Position numbers and translations under genes: made by a program
Notes under the pieces: model-generated
What the model was told of the DNA's origin: nothing
The model's database searches: none
The model's input: the letters and a program-made list of their open reading frames with translations, nothing else
Assembly (NCBI GenBank): GCA_044507735.1
Contig: JBIQJB010000001.1
Location: forward strand, 192,001-256,000
Source of the DNA: Nitrosopumilales archaeon
GTDB taxonomy: Archaea; Thermoproteota; Nitrososphaeria; Nitrososphaerales; Nitrososphaeraceae
Reading direction: 5' to 3'
Length of the DNA: 64,000 bases
Shown here: one piece after another, positions 21,022 through 31,600 of the stretch
Numbering within the stretch: position 1 is the stretch's first letter
How the letters are laid out: each line of letters opens with the position of its first letter

Positions 21022-22422
21022 TCACATCTTTCTCGACCGTGGGTTCAGCATGGTATCAAGGGCGTTTCCGATAAGAACGAATCCAAGGCCGGTTATGGCA
21101 ATCATTACTCCGGGTGGAATTATCCACCACCAAAGGCCCCGCGAGGCTGCACTGGAAGAGTTGGCATCGTGCAGAATCTGACCCCATGTGGGTATCGATG
21201 GGTCACCAAGTCCCAGAAAGCTCACTGCTGATTCTGCAAGGATTGCGCTGGGCACTGCTATGGCAATGCTGGCAAATGTGAGTGGCAGCAGCTGCGGGAT
21301 GATGTGCTTGAAGATTATCTTTGTGTCAGACTGGCCCATCAGCTTTGCAGCCTCGACATATTGCATGTTTTTTAACTGAAGTGCAAGGCTTCTGCTTATT
21401 TTTGCCATCCCGACCCAGCTAAAGATGACAAGGAAACCTGTGATGAGGAAGATGCTTCTGCCGACTGTGACTGACAGTATGATTAGCAGCGGAAGTGTAG
21501 GAAGCGAGTAAAAGATGTCGTTTATGCGCATCAGCCCTTCATCCGTGCGGTTGCCCTTGTAGCCTGCATAGACACCATAAATTAGACCAATCAGGATGGC
21601 TACAACCGATACTGTGATTCCGATAAAAAGCGCGACAGGCGCACCCCACAAGATGCCTATCGCAAGGTCACGCCGGTGCTCATCCGTGCCCATAAGGCCA
21701 TAGACCTTTCCCCCTAGAATTACGCCAGAATTTGTCACGGTGTCCTGTGGATCAAACAGGTAGAACGTTTCTCTGATCGTATATGTTCCCTTTAGCACCT
21801 TGTTTTCATTAGCATCTGAAAAAATCATCACCTGCGGCCTTGATTGGTCTTGCGTGTACGAAAAGATGCTCCTGTAGGGACCCAAGTTCTGCGCTATTGT
21901 CCTGTCTGTTGCAAACACTCGTCCCGAGAACTCGCTTCCGCCCTGCTGGGCGGGCGGCAAAGAGGCGAAATATATCCGAAACTCGTTTCCATCTGGCCGT
22001 ACGACATCAATCTGGAGTACCGGTTGGGTGCTGCCATATTTTGCAGAGTAGAGCAACATAAAGTCGCTCGGGAATGCATCATAGTTGAAGTTGATGTTGT
22101 ATGAATGAGTTACAGTCCGCATGCCGTCTTGCACTGCATTTGTTACCACGGCGTCGCTTGATGTCATGACTATGTGCTCGGGCACCTTCGGTCCAAATCC
22201 GATGTTTGTCCAAGCCGGCGCAGCCGCTCTGGGCAGGTCGATCCAGAAATTTGGGTTGTTCCATTGCCTAAAAGATTCCAGTGGAACCGCCAAGGCAGAG
22301 TAAATAGTCATTGCGATGAGCCCCAGAAGCATGATTGCCCCTGCAGTCCCGCTCTTTGATTTGCGAAACTCTCGGAGTATTTCGTACTTTGAAATTGCCC
22401 TAGCAAAAGTTGCTTTTGTCAT
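21022..22422 (-). CDS. Peptide/nickel ABC transporter permease (DppC-like)
   Basis: MGTDEHRRDL, YVEAAKLMG, LSFLGLG-like and PTWG motifs. Confidence 0.92.
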   Translation of the reverse strand: MTKATFARAISKYEILREFRKSKSGTAGAIMLLGLIAMTIYSALAVPLESFRQWNNPNFWIDLPRAAAPAWTNIGFGPKVPEHIVMTSSDAVVTNAVQDGMRTVTHSYNINFNYDAFPSDFMLLYSAKYGSTQPVLQIDVVRPDGNEFRIYFASLPPAQQGGSEFSGRVFATDRTIAQNLGPYRSIFSYTQDQSRPQVMIFSDANENKVLKGTYTIRETFYLFDPQDTVTNSGVILGGKVYGLMGTDEHRRDLAIGILWGAPVALFIGITVSVVAILIGLIYGVYAGYKGNRTDEGLMRINDIFYSLPTLPLLIILSVTVGRSIFLITGFLVIFSWVGMAKISRSLALQLKNMQYVEAAKLMGQSDTKIIFKHIIPQLLPLTFASIAIAVPSAILAESAVSFLGLGDPSIPTWGQILHDANSSSAASRGLWWWIIPPGVMIAITGLGFVLIGNALDTMLNPRSRKM

Positions 22423-23468
22423 GCAGTGACTTTCACTCTCGGGTCAAAGTAGGCGTAAATGATGTCCGTGGCAAAAACGGTGATCACAAAGATTACTGTA
22501 GAGACATACGTCAGACCAATGATGACAGGCACATCCATGAAACTAATCGCCTTGTAATACAGGCTACCCATCCCGGGCCAGTCGAATACTGCCTCTATGG
22601 TTATCGCCCCGCTGAACGATCCAGCAAGGCTCAGCGCGATAACGGTCACTATGGGTGGGGCGGCGTTTTTCAATGCATGGGAGTAGAGGATCTTTCTTTC
22701 TGGTATCCCTGCAGTCTTTTTTGCCGCTATATAGTCCTCGGCAAGCACTCCCACCAAAAAGTACCGCACGGTATAGGCCCACGAACCAAAGCTTACGAGC
22801 ACAATTGTTATCAGGGGCAGCACCATGTGCCAGAGAAGGTCGAGAACATAAGCAGGATCGGACGGCGGAGTCAGTGGAGTAGACCGAGCAGGAAATATGT
22901 GATAGGTGAAGGCAAATGCAAAGATCATTAGCATCCCTACCCACCATGTGGGGAAGCTTCCTGAAAAAACTGCAAATGCGGAGTTTAGCCTGTCCGGAAG
23001 CGAGCCCGCCCTGTTGGCCACATACGCCCCGAGGTAGATCCCGATAACGGTCACTATTAGCGTAGTTGTTGTAAACAGAAGTACTGTTTTGGGCAGCCTT
23101 TCAAGGATGATGTCTCGCACATTCTGCGAGCCGCTGTCGCTTGTGAGAAAGCTCGACTTGCCAAGGTCAAGCACCATTACCTTGAGTACGGTATTGGTGA
23201 ATCGCTTTGGAGAATACCACGGTTCGTCAAGTCCAAGGTACTGAGTCTGGCGTTCGACCTCTGCATCGATGTATTTCTGCCTGTCGGCGGTATTTTGAAA
23301 CTTGATATCCTTGTGGATGATTTCTTCAGTGACATAGTACTTTACGGCGTCCACTAGTATGCGGTCCATCGTCGGTCCGAGGAGGGCAATGGTGAGGACG
23401 AGGGTGGCAAAGAGGACTACTATCATGTTTATTGAACGCTTTATTAGAAAGCGACCAAAGCCACCCAA
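22419..23468 (-). CDS. Peptide/nickel ABC transporter permease (DppB-like)
   Basis: DLGKS, EDYIAAKKTAG, HALKNA, IEAVFDWPGMG. Confidence 0.92.
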   Translation of the reverse strand: MGGFGRFLIKRSINMIVVLFATLVLTIALLGPTMDRILVDAVKYYVTEEIIHKDIKFQNTADRQKYIDAEVERQTQYLGLDEPWYSPKRFTNTVLKVMVLDLGKSSFLTSDSGSQNVRDIILERLPKTVLLFTTTTLIVTVIGIYLGAYVANRAGSLPDRLNSAFAVFSGSFPTWWVGMLMIFAFAFTYHIFPARSTPLTPPSDPAYVLDLLWHMVLPLITIVLVSFGSWAYTVRYFLVGVLAEDYIAAKKTAGIPERKILYSHALKNAAPPIVTVIALSLAGSFSGAITIEAVFDWPGMGSLYYKAISFMDVPVIIGLTYVSTVIFVITVFATDIIYAYFDPRVKVTA

Positions 23469-23509
23469 TGTGATGTATCCTGCCCCTGGGTACAGTGTAC
23501 TTTTTTCTA

Positions 23510-26500
23510 TTAATATCTGCTTGTACTATTGATTTTCTTGTAGGCGGCCCTGACAAGCCTACCGGAGGCAACTGCCGAAGCACTTGCTATCGAGATGACA
23601 AAGAGGGATGTGCCTATGGACAGCAGCATTGTGGAACCGCCAGCCATGCCTATTGCAATGAGGATGGCAGCTGCAGCCACCGCCATCAGGGCTATCTTGA
23701 CAGCGATCCTGAACCTGTCCTGGAGCCTGGAAGAGAGTGTTACAGGCCACAGATAGACTGCCCCTATTAGTGAGCTTGCAGTGACGCCTGCAATTATCGA
23801 GCCGAGCTCGCCACCAGCTATTGAAAATGATCTTTCAGCTGCGGTCAATATCCCAAACAGAGGATACAATAATGATCTCACAGTTGCCTGCAGCCACGGC
23901 TGCTCTCTTTCATAATCTGCAACCTGTGGGCTGAATGAGTAATATACAGAGTTGAATGCATTCATGAATGCAGCGCCTGATGCAGTCGACAGTATGTACT
24001 GTTCTCTAAAATTGCGCAGGTACTGAACCTGCGGGGTGAGCTCAGAGCCAAACGCTGCTGTTGCGATAAGACATCCGGATGGTTGCTGCTCGGGCTGCTG
24101 TTGTTGCTGTTGCTGCTGGTCGCCACTCTGGTTTTGCATCTGGCCGCCGCTGGTGATCGTTGTTGCCAGGATTGTATTTTCCGTGATATCGGGGCGCAAT
24201 GCGTCATAGCTGTTGGCAAATACGCGCAACTTGGTTGGACCTGGTGAAAGTCTAGATGTCTCTTCGCCAGATATGTTGATGAGGAATTCGCCCGCGTTGC
24301 TGGAGGACGCTTCGGACTTGCCCTTGATCGCAATCTTGCCGTCCTTGTCAAAAATGAAATAGTCTACCGTCGCGTTGCTGTTTGGCTCGCCGCTGATTTC
24401 CACGTTGACTGTCATGGAAACTGGTTGGCCTATTGATATGGGACTTGTATTGACCGATACAATTTCCGCCAGTCTGGGCGTCTCATATTCTGTAAAAGCA
24501 CCAACTTCAAATGGATATGAGTCGTCCCTGAATGCCTTAATTGTAATTACTTTTCCTGCCGCGTTGTAGCTGTCAAGGTAGAACGCACCGTTGCCAATCA
24601 CCGCATTGCGATGCTGGTTGATCCAGGCGATGCTTGCATCATATCGTCTCACGGCCTCCTCTGCACTGACAATGCCTTGAAGGGCAGGAGGGACAAAGTT
24701 TTCATTTTTCATCTTTTGGAGCTCGGCCTTGATTGCATCCGCATGTTCTGGAAGTATCGGGTCAAGCCACTTGGCATCCTTTGCAGTCGCCTGACTGCGC
24801 GAAAACGCAAATTCACCAGACTTGACCAGTCTTTCAGAAGCGGCCATTATTTCCCACGGCTCCGTGGCCCAAATAGTGGCCGAGTCCGCGATCTCTTTCT
24901 CATCGTAGTGCCACTGATCTAAATAACTCTCCACTGTATCATTGTCAATGAATCTGATTCCCTTAACGAGCGGGATCGCTACCTGTGCCTGTGTTGTGAA
25001 CTCTGGATCTACTGTCAAGTCGCCAGGGCCAGAGTTGGTTCCCCATTCGAACATAAAGTATTCTACGTACCAGAGGTCAGATCTGTCCATCGGAATGCCG
25101 TGGTGCCAATTGGAAAATAGCAGGTCGAATGTTACTTTGCTCATGGATCGGCCACTTCTTTCTTGCTTCCACTCTTGAGACTCGGGATCCCAGACTAGCG
25201 CGTCTTTGGGAACGTCAAGCCGGTCGGTTGGCCCTTTTGTCTCTACCGAGGTCCATTTTGCCCTCTGGGGGATTACTTCTCCTGTGTGAGGGTGCCGGAA
25301 CGTCGCAGTGTCTACCAGAGAATAATAAATGTCAGTGCTGTATGCGTCGTTAAGACCTGCTACGGGGTTCCAGGAACCTTGGTGGATGAGTTTGACTCCA
25401 ACCTTGAGCGAATTTCCACCGGGGATCCGGGCATTGAGCGCCGAGTACTTGCTCGTTATTCCGGCGCCAAAGTCATTGACCAGGCCCTCTACATCCGAAG
25501 CCGCCACAAGCGGCTCGGTCTTTTGTGCAACGAAAATCCTTACAGATTCTTGTATGCCTGCCTGCACGCCCCGTTTCAACAGATCGTTTCGCTCCTCCTC
25601 TGAGGTAAAGTTAAAGAAGACTACTCTCTGGGTTACCTCGTCAAGCGTCGAATTCTGGTAGTTCCAGAAAGCGGGGTTCTGGGATCCGGGCATCCTGCCG
25701 AACCACGGGGCATACATTTGGGCAACAATTATGGGATTGTACTTCGCGAAAGCAGAAGACCCTGCAAAACCTTCTGTGTAAATGTGCCACTGAAGATCTG
25801 CCGGATTGGACCCATACACGACAGTAGTGGCCTTGTTGAGGTCTCCATAATCTTTCTGGATGGTAAAGCCGATCTCTTCAAGCAGGGACGAGAGCAACTC
25901 GCCCATTGCGGCTCTTGACGCGTCGTCCTGCCTTATCATGATCTTAATAGTTATCGGGTTGCCCTTGTACATCCATTTGCCGTTTTCCTTGGTTGCGCCA
26001 GCAGCAGTCAAAGCCTCGGTTATCATGCTCTCCGCAAGAACTGGATTGTGCCTGAAGCCAAATGATTCTACGGTGTCTATTACATTTAGATATTCTGGCG
26101 AATATGTTCCATATGGGTCAACCATTGGGCTTCCGTAGCCCTTCAGCACTTCGTCTACCACAAAGTCGCGATCCACCAGGTAGTTCAGCGCGTACCTCAC
26201 TTCTCTGAACTGGAATGGGTTGAGAATGTTGTCATTCGCTGCAGGTGCTGGATTGACAAATAGCCCCATTGATCCGGCGGTCCTCTCATAGACATTCAGC
26301 CTCGGATCATTCTTGGCGTCGTCTGCAGCTTCAAGCGGGATCCTGAAATAATACACGTCAAGTGCGCCTGATCTGACTTCCTGTAGCGCAAGATCCTCGT
26401 TCTCGCGCTCGATAAACTGCACTTGGTTGACATACGAACCCTTCTCCTCTCCTGCAGCTTGGCTGAACGAGGGCAGGGAAGTAACTGTGACTGTGGTAGA

Positions 26501-26614
26501 AATGAGTAAAATGATGGCAACTATTGCTGAAACCCGCGTTATTGGTGCTCTGTGCACTGTTGAGTGTGTTCTAGCTGGTGCTAATATAGTTTTCAGTGAA
26601 GCTAGCTGCCTCAT
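23510..26614 (-). CDS. Family 5 ABC solute-binding protein with polyQ linker and CFI-box-CTERM domain
   Basis: EVRYALNYLVDRD, IGNGAFYL; QQQQQQQQPEQQP linker; GCLIATAAFGSEL...YYSFSP followed by TM helices. Confidence 0.9.
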   Translation of the reverse strand: MRQLASLKTILAPARTHSTVHRAPITRVSAIVAIILLISTTVTVTSLPSFSQAAGEEKGSYVNQVQFIERENEDLALQEVRSGALDVYYFRIPLEAADDAKNDPRLNVYERTAGSMGLFVNPAPAANDNILNPFQFREVRYALNYLVDRDFVVDEVLKGYGSPMVDPYGTYSPEYLNVIDTVESFGFRHNPVLAESMITEALTAAGATKENGKWMYKGNPITIKIMIRQDDASRAAMGELLSSLLEEIGFTIQKDYGDLNKATTVVYGSNPADLQWHIYTEGFAGSSAFAKYNPIIVAQMYAPWFGRMPGSQNPAFWNYQNSTLDEVTQRVVFFNFTSEEERNDLLKRGVQAGIQESVRIFVAQKTEPLVAASDVEGLVNDFGAGITSKYSALNARIPGGNSLKVGVKLIHQGSWNPVAGLNDAYSTDIYYSLVDTATFRHPHTGEVIPQRAKWTSVETKGPTDRLDVPKDALVWDPESQEWKQERSGRSMSKVTFDLLFSNWHHGIPMDRSDLWYVEYFMFEWGTNSGPGDLTVDPEFTTQAQVAIPLVKGIRFIDNDTVESYLDQWHYDEKEIADSATIWATEPWEIMAASERLVKSGEFAFSRSQATAKDAKWLDPILPEHADAIKAELQKMKNENFVPPALQGIVSAEEAVRRYDASIAWINQHRNAVIGNGAFYLDSYNAAGKVITIKAFRDDSYPFEVGAFTEYETPRLAEIVSVNTSPISIGQPVSMTVNVEISGEPNSNATVDYFIFDKDGKIAIKGKSEASSSNAGEFLINISGEETSRLSPGPTKLRVFANSYDALRPDITENTILATTITSGGQMQNQSGDQQQQQQQQPEQQPSGCLIATAAFGSELTPQVQYLRNFREQYILSTASGAAFMNAFNSVYYSFSPQVADYEREQPWLQATVRSLLYPLFGILTAAERSFSIAGGELGSIIAGVTASSLIGAVYLWPVTLSSRLQDRFRIAVKIALMAVAAAAILIAIGMAGGSTMLLSIGTSLFVISIASASAVASGRLVRAAYKKINSTSRY

Positions 26615-27421
26615 TCATGAAGGAGGCTCTGGTATGGCCGAGATAAGGTTCTTAGTATATGGGTGGTACGGGTCTGATAGAACTCTATCTATGGGGCCCA
26701 TCTCGACTATCTTGCCTGATCTCATGATTGCAATCTCGTCGCCCACATATCGGGCGGTTGATAGATCGTGCGTTATGTAAATGTAAGATATGTCAAACCT
26801 CTCCTTCAGATCCTCCATAAGCTCAAGTATTTCGCCCCTCACAGACACGTCCAACATCGACACGGGTTCGTCCGCAACTATTAGCCTAGGGCGGAGGACG
26901 AGAGCTCTTGCTATTGCGACTCTCTGCCTCTGCCCACCAGACAACATGTGCGGCAGCCTGCCAGCGATCTCTTCTGCTTCTAGCCTAACTTCGCGGAGAG
27001 CCGCATATACTCTCTCCATTTTTTGCTCCTTTGAGCTCGCCTTGTCGTGTATGTTGACTGGCTCCATTATAATGTCTAATATCTTCATTCGAGGGTTGAG
27101 TGACGCGTACGGATCCTGGTAGACCATCTGGACTTTGGTCCTAAAGTCCTTCAACTGCCTACCTGTGAAATGTGTAACATCTTGACCTTCAAAGATTATC
27201 GAGCCACTATCCGGGTCAGTTGCCCGCATGACCAGTCTTGCGACCGTAGTCTTGCCAGATCCAGACTCGCCTGCCAGCACTAGCACCTTTCCCTTCTCCA
27301 GTGCGAAGCTGACATCGTCGACAGCTCTGACAAAGTCCTCACCAGGACTCTTCTGCAAAAGCTGGCGGAGGCTCTTCTTGACTGGGAAGTATTTTCGGAG
27401 GTTTCTGGCCTCGAGTAGCAT
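26615..27421 (-). CDS. Peptide ABC transporter ATP-binding protein
   Basis: GESGSGKT, LSGGQRQR, ADEP, HPYT. Confidence 0.93.
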   Translation of the reverse strand: MLLEARNLRKYFPVKKSLRQLLQKSPGEDFVRAVDDVSFALEKGKVLVLAGESGSGKTTVARLVMRATDPDSGSIIFEGQDVTHFTGRQLKDFRTKVQMVYQDPYASLNPRMKILDIIMEPVNIHDKASSKEQKMERVYAALREVRLEAEEIAGRLPHMLSGGQRQRVAIARALVLRPRLIVADEPVSMLDVSVRGEILELMEDLKERFDISYIYITHDLSTARYVGDEIAIMRSGKIVEMGPIDRVLSDPYHPYTKNLISAIPEPPS

Positions 27422-27683
27422 GGCATTCAAATTGCTCTGCAGCCTCAAGTTGTCACACTGGAGATATAAACAGTGGGCTAGCATGTTTAGTTGCAATAAC
27501 CTGAATTAAGCAAGTAGAGTCAGAGGGAACGCGCCAAGAGTCCATAGTTCGGAAACTTGTCTCGCGATTCCGGTGCTTGAAACATTCAGCAATAGCGATG
27601 CTTTAGAGTCAAGCCGCGAAGCAGCTAGCGAGCATGCACACACACAAAGTTGGTTAATATTAAGCGGAATTGCCAGTTCTGTT

Positions 27684-28370
27684 GTGAGGCTGGCAGCGCT
27701 CTATTCCGGGGGCAAGGACAGCACATTTGCAATTTTCCGCGCAAAGGAAATGAAACATCAGATCGCCTGCCTGATTGCCATGCATCCTGACTCAGACGAC
27801 AGCTTGCTCTTTCACTATCCAAATAGCTGGGTAACAAGGTTCCTTGCAGAGGCAATGCAGCTCCCAGTTGTGGAATTTGAGATTAAAGGAAAGTCAAGGG
27901 AGGATGAAGTAGAAGCGCTACGAGAGGCAACGGCGCAGGCAAAATCCCGCTATGGCATCCAGGGGGTTGTTTACGGCGGTATTGCAAGCAACTTTCAAAA
28001 GCGCGCCTTTGAAGAGGCATGCAGCATGCACGGACTTGCCGCAGTAGCCCCTCTGTGGAACATCGAGCCAGAAGGGTACATGAAAGAACTGATCCAGTTG
28101 GGCTTTGATGTTCTAATAGTCGGGGTGTCCGCTATGGGGCTTGACAAAGAGTGGCTTGGCCAGCAGCTCAACGAGACGTCTCTAGCCAGGCTGATCGCCC
28201 TTTCCAAAAAATACGGCTTTAATCTCACGTTTGAAGGAGGCGAGGCCGAGACTCTGGTAGTCGATTGCCCACTTTATAGCAAGAAGCTGAGAATAAACGC
28301 GGCCAACACCCACTGGGACGGGCAGAGGGGAATATTTGAAATACAGGACGTGTCATTAGTAGGCAAGTAG
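27684..28370 (+). CDS. dph6: Diphthine--ammonia ligase (PP-loop ATPase)
   Basis: LYSGGKDS PP-loop, APLW, FEGGEAETLVVDCP. Confidence 0.85.
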   Translation: MRLAALYSGGKDSTFAIFRAKEMKHQIACLIAMHPDSDDSLLFHYPNSWVTRFLAEAMQLPVVEFEIKGKSREDEVEALREATAQAKSRYGIQGVVYGGIASNFQKRAFEEACSMHGLAAVAPLWNIEPEGYMKELIQLGFDVLIVGVSAMGLDKEWLGQQLNETSLARLIALSKKYGFNLTFEGGEAETLVVDCPLYSKKLRINAANTHWDGQRGIFEIQDVSLVGK

Positions 28371-28375
28371 CGGTA

Positions 28376-29749
28376 ATGTTTGATAACTTACGCGAAGGCC
28401 TTAGGGGAGCCCTGAAAAAGATAGTAGGTGCGTCTGATATCAACGAAGAGCTCATAGATTCGCTCTGCAGGGATGTCCAGCGTGCGCTCTTGCAGTCGGA
28501 CGTCAACGTGAGGCTGGTGCTTTCCATAACCCAAAACCTTAAGCAGAGGGCGCTACAGGAGCAACCACCAAAGGGGCTTTCAAGAAAGGATCACATCGTC
28601 ACTATCTTGTATGGCGAGCTTGCCAAGATGCTCGGCTACTCCGGAGAGGTCATACAGACAATAGACAAGGCCAAGGAAGACGAGCGTGCGCTTGCGACCT
28701 CTTTCTTTAACCCTGGCAAGCAGAATGTCGTCCTTATGCTGGGTATTCAGGGAAGTGGCAAGACCACCGTTACCGCCAAACTGGCAAGATGGCTCACAAA
28801 GCATGGCTACAGGGTGGGAGTAGTGGGAGCAGACACATGGCGTCCCGGCGCGCTGACACAGCTAAAGATGAACTGCAGCAAGATCAACGTCGAGGTTTAC
28901 GGGGAGGAGGATAACAAAGATGCGGTCGCTATTGCGAAAAACGGTCTCGAGCACTTCAAGGATCAAAAACTCGACGTTGTAATAATTGATACTGCTGGGA
29001 GACACAAGGAGGAAGAAGGCCTGCTGCAGGAAATGAGCGACATGTACCGGGTCGCAACTCCTGATCTGGTGCTGCTTGTCATCGACGGCACCATAGGTCA
29101 GGGCGCGTTCAAACAGGCCGAAGCATTCCACAAGGCGGCGCCTGTAGGGGGCATTGTGATCACAAAGCTGGACGGCACCGCCAAAGGAGGTGGCGCACTG
29201 GCTGCATCGGCTGCGACAGGCGCAAAGGTGATGTTCATCGGCACTGGAGAGCGTATTGACGATCTTGAACAGTTCTCGCCAACGGGATTTGTTGGCAGAT
29301 TGCTTGGTATGGGCGATATCAAAGCGCTTTTGGAGATGGCAAGAGGACTTGAGCTTCAGGCAGATGAAAACCAAGTGAAGCGCTTGATGAGTGGCAAGAT
29401 GACAATAGAGGACTTTTACTCCCAGATGGAGCAGGTGAGCAAGATGGGATTTAGGAATGTGATAGAAAACCTGCCGGGGCTCTCAGGCATGGTCAAAGAA
29501 GATCAGCTTGATGCCATGCAGGTAAGAATGGAAAGATGGCGGTTTATCATACAATCTATGACAAAAGAGGAAAAGAAAGACCCCGATATCATCAACGAGT
29601 CGAGAAGAAAGCGCATAGCAAGAGGCTGTGGATTGCCAGAGAGCGAGATCAAGGCCATGATCAAACAATATAACGATTCTAAGACGATGATGAAGCAATC
29701 AAAGGGGAGACAGATGCAGGGGCTCTTGAGGAGATTTGGTCTTGGTTGA
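28376..29749 (+). CDS. srp54: Signal recognition particle protein SRP54
   Basis: GIQGSGKTT, DTAGRH, TKLDG, M domain SMT...SRRKRIARG. Confidence 0.97.
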   Translation: MFDNLREGLRGALKKIVGASDINEELIDSLCRDVQRALLQSDVNVRLVLSITQNLKQRALQEQPPKGLSRKDHIVTILYGELAKMLGYSGEVIQTIDKAKEDERALATSFFNPGKQNVVLMLGIQGSGKTTVTAKLARWLTKHGYRVGVVGADTWRPGALTQLKMNCSKINVEVYGEEDNKDAVAIAKNGLEHFKDQKLDVVIIDTAGRHKEEEGLLQEMSDMYRVATPDLVLLVIDGTIGQGAFKQAEAFHKAAPVGGIVITKLDGTAKGGGALAASAATGAKVMFIGTGERIDDLEQFSPTGFVGRLLGMGDIKALLEMARGLELQADENQVKRLMSGKMTIEDFYSQMEQVSKMGFRNVIENLPGLSGMVKEDQLDAMQVRMERWRFIIQSMTKEEKKDPDIINESRRKRIARGCGLPESEIKAMIKQYNDSKTMMKQSKGRQMQGLLRRFGLG

Positions 29750-30836
29750 TGCCCGGACCATTTTATCGCTAAAGAAGCATTACAAGCTCTGCAAGCAATG
29801 TTCTGAAAGACATGGCTTCGCGGGAGCACGATCCGAGGATCAATGCTACATATGCCGCGGCCTCATGGATGACATTGACTCAATTGCAAAAAAGATACTC
29901 CGCGCTATGAAGGGGTATGAATTTGATACCTTCCTTATCGGTGCGACTTTGCCAACCCAGATATATGAGCGGGAGGATGCTCTGAGGGCTCGCCTGAAAA
30001 TACGCGGTGTGGAGAGTGCCAAGAACCAGCTAACACGCGAGCTTGGGATGCGGCTCAGCCGGCTTTTGAGAAAAAGAGTGGATTATTTGAAACCAGATGT
30101 TACGGTAAACTTGGCAATAGACAAGGAAAATAACATAGACATTGCAATCAAGTCAAGGCCTCTTGCAATTGCTGGCAAGTATGTCAAGACTGTGCGCGGC
30201 ATCTCTCAAAAGCAAGACAGATGCCCAAGTTGCGAAGGCAGAGGTTGCGATTCCTGCAAGTATTCCGGGCTGTCTGGCTTTGACAGCATTGAAGGCGCAA
30301 TTGCTGATGGGCTGATCGAAATGACCGGCGGCCAGACGCCGAAATTCTCTTGGATCGGAAGCGAAGATCAGGGCAGCTTGGTCCTCGGAAGCGGCAGGCC
30401 ATTTTACGCCCGAGTATTCAACCCAAAGAAAAGGAATCTGAAAAAGAAACAGATTAGAAAAGCAGGAATCATGCGGGCCACGATCTCTGTCCTCAAAGAA
30501 GAGCCAAAGCTCCAGCCTCGCTTCAGGGTCAGGACAAGGATTCACGCAAGATGCGAAAGAGAAATAACAAAAGGGGACATCAAGAAGCTTGGTGCACTCG
30601 CTGGCGCAGAAGTGAACTTTGAGAACAAATTCAAGACGGCGACCAAAAAGATCTATTCAGCCCGCGCTCGCAAAATCGACGACAAACAATTCATGCTTGC
30701 TATAGTAGCTGATGGAGGCCTGATGATAAAACAGTTTGTCGGAGGCGAAGAATACATGAAGCCAAACGTTTCGGAGATCGTTGGCGCCAAGTGCGAATGC
30801 ATCTCATTCGACGTTCTTGACGTTTCGCTTCAGTAA
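29736..30836 (+). CDS. pus10: Pus10-like tRNA pseudouridine synthase (degenerate active-site motifs)
   Basis: N-terminal Cys pairs, THUMP-like region, GKYVK..RGISQ, GSED...LGSGRPF, GGLMIKQFVGG, PNVSE. Confidence 0.8.
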   Translation: MVLVDARTILSLKKHYKLCKQCSERHGFAGARSEDQCYICRGLMDDIDSIAKKILRAMKGYEFDTFLIGATLPTQIYEREDALRARLKIRGVESAKNQLTRELGMRLSRLLRKRVDYLKPDVTVNLAIDKENNIDIAIKSRPLAIAGKYVKTVRGISQKQDRCPSCEGRGCDSCKYSGLSGFDSIEGAIADGLIEMTGGQTPKFSWIGSEDQGSLVLGSGRPFYARVFNPKKRNLKKKQIRKAGIMRATISVLKEEPKLQPRFRVRTRIHARCEREITKGDIKKLGALAGAEVNFENKFKTATKKIYSARARKIDDKQFMLAIVADGGLMIKQFVGGEEYMKPNVSEIVGAKCECISFDVLDVSLQ

Positions 30837-30877
30837 CGTTTTTGTTTCAGAGGGGCAACATCTGTCAGCGGCAGCAG

Positions 30878-31600
30878 ATGAGCAATTTTGATCCGCTCTA
30901 CAAGGTTCACGACGCATTCAAATCGGGCCAGATCCAAAAAAAGATCTACGACCTTGTAGTCGAAAGGTTCCCCCTCGTTCTGGAAGGCATAAAGAGGGTG
31001 GAAGAAGCATCCGGCTTGAAATATCCATATTATTATGTTGAGCCGAGTCTTGTGGTTTCAACATCGGCAGTTGAGTTTACCCAGATGGGGATTTTGTTTG
31101 CAAGGACGATACCCGTCGTTGGTGATGATAACCTGCTGCGCGTGGTTGTCCAGATTACCGCTCCGCTCATCGCGCATGGTCTCAAGGGAACGATACATGC
31201 AATACTCGCTCACGAGTTCATGCACTATCTGGAGCTTGTGAGCAGGATAGTCAAGATGAAGGTAATATCAGATGAGGTATCCGGCACACTTTTCGAAGGG
31301 ACGTATGCAGATTCCTCCAGACTGCTTGACGAGCGCGCAGTGTTCAAGTCGGATCCTACTCTGATACGGCATATTACCGCCCGGTTCCCGGAGGGGTTCA
31401 GGGACATCAAGCTTGAGGACAAAGTGATCAAGATGTGGATGAATAAGGGTCTGCCTACAACAAAGGTTCCGATCGATGCAAACGTGATCAAGATCCCGAT
31501 TGAGGCCATGGCAAGGCTGCAGGTAGAGCAGGTGGTGAAAGATAAGATTACCGAGTTTGAAAGCGTGAAACTGCGAAAGAAAAAGACAGGTTATGTCTAG
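30878..31600 (+). CDS. Hypothetical protein with HExxH metal-binding motif
   Basis: ILAHEFMHYLE. Confidence 0.75.
   Translation: MSNFDPLYKVHDAFKSGQIQKKIYDLVVERFPLVLEGIKRVEEASGLKYPYYYVEPSLVVSTSAVEFTQMGILFARTIPVVGDDNLLRVVVQITAPLIAHGLKGTIHAILAHEFMHYLELVSRIVKMKVISDEVSGTLFEGTYADSSRLLDERAVFKSDPTLIRHITARFPEGFRDIKLEDKVIKMWMNKGLPTTKVPIDANVIKIPIEAMARLQVEQVVKDKITEFESVKLRKKKTGYV

Noticed and set aside
24085-24120. CAG/CAA tract as a variable microsatellite
   Set aside because: Mixed codons encoding an ordinary polyQ linker before the CFI-box-CTERM domain
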